DNA of 64,000 nt from Candidatus Nomurabacteria bacterium (GTDB lineage: Bacteria; Patescibacteriota; Minisyncoccia; Phycocordibacterales; UBA9973). Below the pieces are notes generated by a model. The model saw only the letters and a program-made list of their open reading frames with translations. It did not search any database and was not told the origin of the DNA. Of the stretch, positions 42,201 to 54,200 are shown piece by piece; the stretch's first letter is position 1; each line of letters opens with the position of its first letter. Made by a program: the position numbers and the translations under genes. Where the stretch lies: assembly GCA_021413905.1 (NCBI GenBank), contig JAIOPO010000001.1, forward strand, positions 201,159-265,158. Reading direction: 5' to 3'.

Positions 42201-45200
42201 CTACAGTCGCAAATATTATTGTTCCATTTGAATTAGATGAAACAGAACGCCAATTTTTTACACCAAGAGATGCTGATATATTATTCCATGTAAGTCCAGA
42301 ATTATTTGATGCCCAAATATCTCCACCATTTACAACTCCAAATAATCTTTGACCATCATAAGACGAAGCAACTTCTCTCCAAGATTTCTCTGTTGTATCT
42401 ATCAAAGAAGGAGATGTTTCGTGGCTTGTTACCAAATTATCATCTGTTGTATGGCTTGCATAAGAATCCCAACCATCGTTTAAGTGTGAGATTGTGTCAT
42501 ATGCAAGTTCTGTTGTAGATTCATTATTTGTTATCCAAGATATTGGAAGTGTTTGTGTATTAGTAAGAGATAATTCCAAATCAGTACTTACACTATTTTC
42601 TGCTTTTACCCAAATCCAAACATTATCATTGTTGTCATAATAATCAGAACCGGTTTTACTTCCAGAAATATCACAATCCTCTGCACAATGTTCTGTAGAA
42701 ATTTGTTCCCATTCTGAAGTATTAAAATTCCAAATTGAAACAATAACATTTTTTTCATCCGGCACAGCACCATGTCCTTTCCAATTTATTGTAAAAGTTG
42801 GAGTATTTATTTCATTTAAGTTTTGATGAATTTTAAATATTTGAGAATCATAGCCACTATCTGATTGTGAGATATCAGTAACAAGATATCTCTGATCTTC
42901 AGTAAGAGTTTTTAAATAACCATTATAAGAAACCAAAGTTCCTGGATTACTAGGCGATACAGCTCCATGAGTTTCATCGCTTTCATAATATTCATAAGAA
43001 ATAACTGGTAAGAATTTTACAATTGTTTTATTCTGAAGTGAATTATCATGGTATGCAACATATGGAATATTATTTGAATCAAGGGCCAATGAAAAATGTT
43101 CAATTGAACCAGTAGAAAATCCAGCATTACCAACATAAATCCAAGATTCACCATTCCATTTCATAACAGTAGCAGCACAAGCATTAGAACAATCTTCAAA
43201 TCCAACATATATTACATTATTACTATCTACTAAGATTTTATTGTAAGATACTCCACCTGTGCCAGAAAATTCTGGATCTCCGACATTTACCCAAGTATCA
43301 TTATCTAATGTCATTACACTTATTGAACAATTTTGATTACAATCACTATATGTAACGTAAGGAATATTATTACTATCTAGTACCATCGAAACATGCCAAG
43401 CATAATTAGAAGTAAAATAAGGATTTCCTAATGTAGACCAATCACCATTTACAAGTTTTTTTACAGTAGCACTGTAACTATGAGAACTATCGCTGTATAT
43501 GATATATGGAATATTATTTGAATCTGTAGCAATTTGATTTCTATATATTTGTCCATCAGTAAAACCAGCATTTCCTATTATATTCCAATTATTACCATCA
43601 AAAGACATTACTGTTCCTTTATAACCATAATTACTATCTTCAAAAGCAACAAAAGGTGTGCCATTTGCAGAAATTGCGGAACTTAATTCATAAGCATAAC
43701 CTGTATTAAATCTAGGATCTCCTACATTTTCCCAAGTATCATTTACAAATCTTTTAACAGTTATTTTATATTCATTATTAACTTCTACATAAAAAACATA
43801 AGGAATATCTTGATACATTTGCATTGATAAATAATCAACTTGAGTTCCAGAAAAATTTGGTTCACCGACTAATTCCCAATCAGAACCATTATTTTTTTTG
43901 ACACTAACACCATAACCATTTGAAGAATCTACATATGCAACATAAGCAACATTTTGACTGTTAAGTTTTAATGATTGATTATATTCATAATTGTTAAAAT
44001 TATCTTGATCTCCCACATCTTGCCATTTTGCATTTGTAGCAATAAATGTTCTATCTTCTCCAAAAGTAGTACCATCATTATTCACAATAAATGCACGATA
44101 ATGATATGTTTGATTAGCAGAAAGACTATAAATAGTTTTTGAAAAAATACTTTCACTATATGGACCACTTGATTCACTCCAAGATTCACCATAAGAATCT
44201 GTAAGTCCCCATTCAAAACCTCTTTCTGAAATTTCTAAATTACCTGCTTCCACTATTTGAGCATTCAAGTTTACAGAATTATCACTTGTATTTGAAGGAA
44301 CAAGAGTTTCAACTATTGGTATATTTGATTGCCAAACAAAAAACGGATAACCTTGATTCTTCATTGAAGAAATATCCCAAATATCATTATTATTTTCATC
44401 ATCAACTGGATTGTTTATAAAATCCCAAACATTACTAATTCCAGAACTTTCTATATTAGTAAATGTATCGACATTTTTCATTTCAGCGTCAGTTTTACTT
44501 GTACCATCATTGCCATTTATCTGATTTGAAGTATTTAAATCCCAAAAAGAATTTGTAACAGTATTATTAATATTAGTTTGAAGTCCAATCAAACCACCAT
44601 AATCTTCAACACCAATTACTAAACCGATTGAATAAGCATTATTAAGATTTACATTGGATTCCAACTGACCAATAAGTCCACCAACATTTGTATTTCCACT
44701 CACATTACCTTTTGAATAAACATTAGATATTGTTGCATTGTAAGTACTTCCAACAAAACCTCCAACATTATAAGAAAGTTGATTTGACCCATCACCATTA
44801 CCATCCACATCTCCTGTTGAATAAGATTGTTCAATACTTGCATCTTGAACATGTCCAGCAAAACCTCCGATGTTAGAACCATCAACTATATTTACATTTC
44901 CAGTTGCATAAGAATTTGAAATATCACCTGAATCTATTTCACCTACAAGTCCTCCGGCATATCCACTATTTGCACCCATAGTTACATCTCCAGTTGCATA
45001 AGAATTTGAAATATCACCGGAATTAACACCGACCAAACCTCCGGCATGTGAACTATTTGTATTTGAAACAGAAACATCTCCTGTTGCATGAGAATTTGAA
45101 ATATCACCGGAATTAACACCGACCAAACCTCCGGCATTGCTAGAAATAGCTGAAACATTTGCACTAGAATCAGAAGCATCAACATAATAAGAATAAAGAA

Positions 45201-48200
45201 AACCTACAAGTCCTCCGACATTTGAATCACCGGAAACATTTCCAGAAGAATGAACATCTAATATTTGACCATAATTAGCACCTACAACCATACCAACAAC
45301 ATTTTGACCAACAACTGATCCATTTACAGTAAGATGTTGTATTTTTGAACCATTACCAACAACAGAAAACAAACCTGCATTGCTTTCAGAAGGAGCATTT
45401 ATATCTACAGTTATAGTATGACCATTTCCATCAAAATTCCCAGAAAATTCTCTATTAATTCCAATCACAACACCATTACCAAGAGAAGTACAATCTAAAT
45501 CATTCATCAAAATATATGAACTATTAGTACTATTGTTCATTGATGTAAATTCTGAACATGATGAAATTTGATATGGATCACTTTCATTACCACTACCATT
45601 AAAGATAGAAGCTGATTCAGAAATAAAAGGATAACCATCGTTTGTAAAACCATCAATATCCCAAAGAGTATCGAAATTCCAACCAGCATCAGTGAAAGTT
45701 GATTCTGTTTTCATTGTTGAAGTATCTTCTCCTGTACCACCAGCACTAGTAGATTGATTTGAATTTTCATTATCCCAAAAAGAATTATAAATATTTCCTG
45801 TTTCACTATTATATCCAACTAGACCTCCTGTGTTTTCTGTATTATTACCTGTCACTAAACCTTTAGAATAAACTTTATTTATTAAAGATAAATTGGAAAT
45901 TGAACCAGTAAAACCTCCAACGTAATCATCTCCATTTACAGAACCCAATGAAAAAGAATTATCAACGACTGAATAACCATCAAGATTTCCAACGAAACCT
46001 CCAACATAGGAACCTGTAGTTGTTACATCTCCAGTTGCATAAGACATTGTAATATTTGAACCAGAATACATAGCTCCAACAAAACCCCCAACGTAATTTG
46101 GATTATATGTATTGTATTCATTTGTTTCTTGATTTCCAGTTACATTACCAGTAGCATAGTCATTCATCAAATTTGAATAATTAACAACTCCAGCAAAACC
46201 TCCAGCAGCATCTCCGGTTGAATTCACATTTTCAGTTGAATATGAATCTGATATATTGGAGCCATAAAGATATCCAACAAAACCTCCAGCAGCGTAACCT
46301 GTTTTCATTAATAAATACTCTGAACGATTTGAAGTCACTGTTCCACCTGATGCATAAGTATTTGTAATTTCTCCATTATTGGCAGATCCAACAACACCTC
46401 CAATAGAAGCTCCACCATCCACATCAGCTGATGAAGATGAATTACTTATTGAAGCACTATCTAACTCTCCGACAAGTCCTCCGATAATATCTCCACTTCC
46501 ATGCACAACTCCATTATTATTTATAATATGATTAATACTTGCACCTTCTTCCATCATACCGACAAGTCCTCCTCCATGATAATCCAAATATGTTCTTATC
46601 ATATTGTTTGTTAAGTTAACGTCTGTAATAGTACCACCATACATATAACCAACAAGTCCTCCTGTATTCTGAGCTCCAACTATATTTGAATTTTCAATGT
46701 TTACATCATGAATATTTGCATTTTGTGTTTTACCAAAAACACCATTGTTATCTGAATCTTTTCTAAAAATCCACAAATTATTTATTGTATATCCATCACC
46801 ATCAAAAGTACCCAAAAATGGAGTACTATCATTACCTACTGGCTCAAAACCATAGTAACCATTATTTTCGACAATAATATCTGTATGCGTTACTTCAGAA
46901 TATGAATCAGGAATCAATTCTCCATCAACAATTCCATCTACCCATTCACTAGCATTAGCATTCCAAGATAAAGTATCAGAACAATCTATATTATCAACAA
47001 GTATATAATGTGCACTTAAATCATTATTCATTAGCTGTAACTGAGGACAACTACTTATTTGATATGGATCACCTTCACTTCCATCACCACCATCGAAGTC
47101 TGAGGCTTTAGTGAAAGATCTTTCTTCTGTAGAAGATTTTACACCAGAAGTATTCACAGCATATCCTGTAAATGAATGAGAACCATTCGAAAAATCTTCA
47201 TTCGTATAATCATACTGATTAATATGAGCATTATAAAGTGAAGCTATTTCATTACTATTTAATGCACGAGAAAATAATAAAGTATCGTCCATTTTTCCAT
47301 TTATATAAACACCATCAGTCCTTCTACCAATATTTATTGTTTGTCCAATATTTCTAGACGCTCCTCCACTAGCAGCAATTTCACCATTTACATAAAGAGT
47401 TTCTGTACCATTATTTTCGACTGCCACAAGATGTGTCCAAGCACCAATATCAGCGGGTGCAAAAGTAGCATATTCATCAAATTGCCATTGACCGCCACCA
47501 CCAATTTGTATTAAATGACCATTTTCATCAGAAAAAATAGATTGACCAGCATAACGATTATTTAAATAAACCCATGAGGAAAAAGTAAAATCTCCGGTTA
47601 TTGTACTTGGTAAAGTTGTACTAATATAACTATTACCATTAAAATTAGCCGCTTTACCAAATTTTCCTGTTGAATATGTTTCAGTACCATGCCAAATACC
47701 ATTAGAAGAAGATGTGTCATCATTTGCATTATTTTCAAATCTCCAAAAAGCAACTAGGGAATTATCGATATCTGTAAATGCATAATGATTTGCACCAATA
47801 CTAGAACTATCCATATTTATTTCTGCAACTGAACTAGATTGAGAACTATTATTTTCTGGAGTTGGATTTACAAAAGAAATACCACTGATTGTATTTCCAT
47901 GAAGTAAAGGATAAGAAGTTGAAGTATCCCAAATATTAGTATCATTAAAATCCCAGCTAGCGAGCGGTTCATTTGTATTATTGTTTTTAAAATAATTTGT
48001 ATCTGGGTTTCCAATAGTATTAACAGCAGAACAACCACTAATATCAGAACCCTGAGAACAACCAGATTGTTCTGTTCTTATTTGATCGTAAAAATTATTT
48101 ATAAGTGCACCATTAACATATTCACCAATAAGACCTCCTGACAAAGAAGAAAAATTAGAAACACGACCAACAGCAAAAGAATCTGTAATCTCTCCATTTA

Positions 48201-51200
48201 AATATCCAGTCAAACCTCCTCCATGGGTTGATCCATTTCCAAAAACAGAACCAGTTGCATAAGAACTTGAAATAATATAAAAGTTAATTCCTGTTAGACC
48301 ACCAACATATTGACCACCTGAGACAGAACCAGTTGCATAAGAATCAGAAATAGTTCCATGGTTTTCACCAATAAGACCTCCTGAAGCTACAGCTCCCACC
48401 ACAGTAACATTTGAAAATGATTTATCAATTGTTGTTAAACCATCATTAACTCCAACAAGTCCTCCTGTATAAGTACCTTCTGAAGTAACCCTACCTGTCG
48501 TATACACATTTCTTATTGTTCCTTCATTATAACCAACAAGACCTCCTGTATAAGATGAAGCATTTGTAATATTTTCATTTTCCACCCCAAGATTTTCAAT
48601 TACAGCAGATGAATTTGTTTCACCGAACAAACCGACACCTAAACTAGAATTTATATTTATAAATAAATTTATTATTTTATAACCTGCTCCATTGAAATTA
48701 CCATTAAATAAATAATCATCATTTCCAAGTGGCTCGAACCCTTGCCCAGAATTCCAGTTTATAGTATCTGAACAATCTATGTTTTGTGTAAGTATATATG
48801 ATGCATTTAAATCATTGTTAACATTTTGAAGTCCTGTGCAAGAATTTATTTGATAAGGATTCTCGGGAGAACCATCACCTTGAGTATAATAAACATTCGG
48901 ATCATCAGAAGAAAGATTAGCAAGTGTAGGATAATAATTTTCAGTAAAAACCCAATTAGTATTATTAAAACTATTTAAAGGTGCATTTGAATTATCATTT
49001 TTAAAATAATTTTCATTAGGAGTTTCTATTGTATTTACAGGATTACAATCAGAATTACTAGATCCATTTTGTCCACCAGGAGTATTATCTCCAATACATT
49101 GATTCACACCAGTATTTATCTGATCATAAGAGTTATTGATTATTTCATTTAAACCTAAATTAGAATTTTCTTGTCCGACAATACCTCCAATATATGTATC
49201 ATTAACTCCTGGTGTATTTGTTATTTCATTTCCATTCCAAAAAGTAACAGAACCCACTGAAAAGTTCCCTTCTATATGAGACGCATTTAAAGCTTGACCA
49301 ATAAAAGAAGAAATATGAGAATTAAAACTAGATGATATACCCACGATAGTACTCGAAGAATAACTATTAAAAACATTAGAATTAGCAACTACTCCAATAA
49401 GGCCACCACAAACATCATTACAAGACACAGTACCAGTAGAATAACTATCATAAACTTCACTATCAATAACATCACCCATAAGCCCTCCGACATATGCACC
49501 GATAGAATAAATATCACCTGTTGCATATGTTCTATATATAGATGAATTTTCACTCTGACCGACAAGTCCTCCTGTATTATTAGAATAAGACAAAGAACTT
49601 ATATTTGTATTAGAATAAGAATCTTCTATTATTGCATAAGTTGCCCAGCCTACAAGTCCTCCGACAGCATAACCAACATTAGCACCAGAAAGAATTGAAA
49701 TATCACCTTCAGAATAACTACCGTCAGAGATAGTTGTATCCTCATCTTCATATCCAACTAAACCTCCAACAGACCAAACTGAATCAGCTACAGAAATATT
49801 TCCATGATAATTATCATTTGATAATGAAGAAGAAACGGTATAACCTGCAATACCACCTATCAGCGGATTCCATCCATCATTTGCTGTACTAGTAATATTT
49901 ACATAAGAAGAGCTATCTTGAATAGCACTATTATTAATCTCTGAAACAATTCCACCTACATTATATGGACTCAAAATATCACCTGTTACAGTTAGATTTT
50001 CTATCAGAGCATTTTGATTTAAAGATACAAAAAGTCCAACATCATGATAAGTTCCATCTGTATTATCAATATCAATATTAATACTATAACCATTTCCATC
50101 AAAATGTCCGGTAAAAGGAATAATATTCCCAACCATAATTTGAGTTCCATCATCTGCACAATCTAAATCTGCATCCAATAAAAAGCTTGAATCAAGCAAA
50201 GCAAAATTATTTATTTCTTTAAATTGAGAACAAGATGTCACAACATAAGGATCTATATCTGTACCAGAACCTGTTCCTGAAAAAAGATTACCTTGTCTAA
50301 GTGTTGGATAACCAGAAATATTTGTTGACCATGCTGAAGAAAAATCCCATTTATCAAGAGGTGAATTTACAGAATTATTAGAATAATATGTTTGAATATC
50401 ATTAACAGAAACACAAGAAGGAGCCCAATCACCGAATATACCAACACAATAATTATGACCACTGGCAACCTGATCATAATAATCTAAACCAGTGAGATAA
50501 TCATCTCCTGAGCCAGCAAAGCCTCCGACATAATCAGTATTTAATCCTTGGTCAACATTACCAGATGAAAATGAATTTAAAATATCAAGACTTGCATAAT
50601 ATCCCACAAAACCTCCAGTAAAAAAACCTTCACTTGAAACATTTCCAGTTGCATAAGAATTTTTTATAACTCCATCGTACTCATTATATCCCACAAAACC
50701 TCCAGTAAAATTATCGCCTCCAATTTCAGAAACATTTCCAGTTGCATAAGAATTCATAATTTGACCCACATTTTGTCCAACAAAACCTCCGACATTACTA
50801 CTTCCAGTTACATTTGCACCAGAATAAGAATTTACAATAAAATTAGAATAATCATTATTACTTCCAACAACACCTCCGACTACATCTACACCATGGACGT
50901 TTCCATTTACATATACATTATAAATTTTTCCAAGATAATTTTCTCCAGCAAGTCCTCCTGTAAAATCAGCTCCAGTAATGTCTACATTTTCTAATCCTAC
51001 ATTTTTAATAATAGCTCCTTGTTGTACATAAGAGAAAAGTCCAATATTATTACTACTTGAATTATTGATATACAAATCATTTATTGTATATCCATCACCA
51101 TCAAAAATACCAGAAAATTGATCAATCGGTGTAAAACCATATCCTATATTATACAATGGTCCACCTTCATGCGTATCAGAATTACAATCTATATTGTCAG

Positions 51201-54200
51201 TTAAAATATAATTTGCACTTTGATTTTGATTTATATTTTGTAATTGTATACAAGAAGAAATTTGATACGGATCTTCTACTGTTCCAGAACCACCATCAAA
51301 TAAAGCAATATCATCACCTGAAACATTAATTAAAGTTGGAAATGAACCAGCAACAAAAGACCACACATCTACATCGAAAAAATTTAAAGGAAAATTTGCA
51401 TTATTACCAACAAAATAATAAGGATTATCATTTACATTTACTCCGTTACAATCATCATTGGGACCTTGATTAGAACAATAGACTTCTGGTGTTGAATCAT
51501 TATAAAAAGTATTAATTGTATTTAATGTTCCAACATAATCACCTACTATATTACCAATATACCCCGCACCAAAATTTGAAAATTGAACAGAAGCAAAAGA
51601 ATTTTGAATATTTATAATTCCTGTTCCTGGGCCAAACCCTTCCCCTTCATAACCGATCAAACCTCCAGCAGTTCCAGAACTAGAAAAACCAGTACCATTT
51701 AAATTTACTTTTGAATAAGAGTTAACAACACTTATTTCTGGATAATTATACCCAACAAGACCTCCGACAATAGCCCAACCTGAAATATTTGTATTTACAT
51801 ATGAATCTATAATCGTAAAAGGAGTATCGTTCGTATTAGAAAAACCAACCAAGCCTCCTGCAAAAAATCCATCAAACATATTTTGAGCAAGACCTGTAGA
51901 ATTAACACTTGAATTTTCTCCACCAAAAAAGTTTTCTCTGAAATCTATATCTACATGAGAACCAGTTGTGTCTAAAAAACCAATAAGTCCACCAGTATTT
52001 GAATTACCAGAGATGACACCATTTGAATAATTATACTTAAATTGATTTGTTAAATCGTAAGAACTATTGTCAAAAAGATAATAATACCCGACAAGACCTC
52101 CAACAGAATTAGAAGTACCTGTCACAGATCCTGCTGTGTAAGAATTATTATTAAATTGAAAATCTAAATTATTATTTCCAAAAATTTCAGCATCAATTTC
52201 TCCTGCAATACCTCCGATATACGAATCACCACTTATATCTCCGGTTACATTATTATTTAATATATAAAAATTAGTAGTATCATTATTGCTATTATTGTTA
52301 ACATAAGAATACCCTATCAAACCTCCAGTATACTGAGAACCTCCTAGAATATCATCATTTGATTCATTGTCATGAATAGTAGTAACTATTACACCAGAAC
52401 CACTATCATCATAAACATCAATCTCACCTAAAAGTCCACCGACAGAAAAAGCACCATTAGAACCATCGATTAATCCATTTTCTATGGTATTAGAAAAAAT
52501 CTCTATATTGATATTACCATTTCCTGTTGAATATCCTTCAACAAAACCTATCAAACCTCCAAGATAATAACTTGAACTAGAAAGTGTAACATCTCCAGTA
52601 ATTGTATTGCCATGAACATCTAAATTTCCAGCATCATAAACATCTGAATAACCAATCAATCCTCCAACTTGAGAACCATCAGCATTTACATCTCCTGAAA
52701 CATTTGAATTTAAAATATTTGATTCAATATCTGTGCTTAAATATCCGACAACGCCTCCAGTACAGTAACTACCATTTACTATTCCAGAAAAAGTCACATC
52801 ACTTATAGTGACATTTGATGCATAACCTGCAACACCTCCAATATTACTATTTCCATTAATTGTTCCGTTAAATTCACCGCCACTGATAGTAGTTCCATAT
52901 GCTACACCCACAAGTCCACCGATATTATTTCCAGAACCAGCTGAAACATCAACAGAAGAATATACATCTGTAATTGTCGCGCCATTAGCAATAGCAGCAA
53001 GAGCACCAATTGTCGAACCATTTATACTTTGAACATTTCCAGCAAGATGTAAATCTTGAATATTAGCAGTATCACTGAGTTCAGAAAAAAGACCGATATT
53101 TGGATCACCCTCACCGTCAAGATTTATAGTAATAGTATAACCATTTCCATCAAGACTTCCTGAAAAAACACCCGAATTTATCATCATTGAATTTCCTTCT
53201 CCTGCACAAGAAAGATTGCCGTCCAAAACAAAACTTTCATCTAAAAGATTATTTATATTTTCAAAATCACTACAACTAGAAATATGAATAACAGGACGAT
53301 CATTTACGGGACCTTCATCATTTAACACATTGTGTAATGTTGGATATTCATTACTAGCAGAATCCCAAATTGGTTCTGAACTAAAATCCCAATGTCCTAA
53401 AAAGGGAAAAACAGATGAAGTGTTTTTAAAATAATCCATTTCAGATCCAATAGAGTTTTTATTTTCACAAGTAGCCAAATCCCCCAAATAAGGATCTCCA
53501 GAATTCGTATTTCCACAAGCCGACTGTGTACTTCTTAAGGTATCCCAAAAAACATTAGAAAGCATAGAGCCAACACTGTCTGATGTTTGATTAATACCAA
53601 ATATTGCTCCATGATAACTACCAGAATTCACACTAGCAACACTAAAACTATTTTGTATAACTGCCCCTGATTGAATAACACCAACAAGACCTCCTGTATT
53701 CGTTTGTTCAGAAAATACTGTCCCTCTTGAATAACTATTTACAACACTAGATAAAGAAACAGTACCGGCAATTCCTCCGACGTTACCAAAATTAGAAATA
53801 ATATTTCCTATATTGTATGAATTTGTAATCTGAGAATTATTTCCCAAACTACCGACAATTCCTCCGACATGACTATCTCCAGTTATATTTGCCTTATTAA
53901 TAACCTGATCAATAATAGAATTATTGGAAAAACCGGTTAAACCTCCAAGACCGGATCCTATATTTTGAACAGAACCAGATATGCTCAATTTAGAAACTGT
54001 AGCATTATGTAAAAAAGAAAACAGACCGGCATTGTCTCCTTCATAGTTTATAGACACATCAATATTATGACCATTTCCATCAAAATTTCCCTGGAAACCA
54101 CCATACATCGATCCTGGATCTATGATTATATTATTATGTTCTCCTGCACATTCCAAATCTCTCATCAAAATAAAATAACTAGAAAGATGAGAATTAATAT

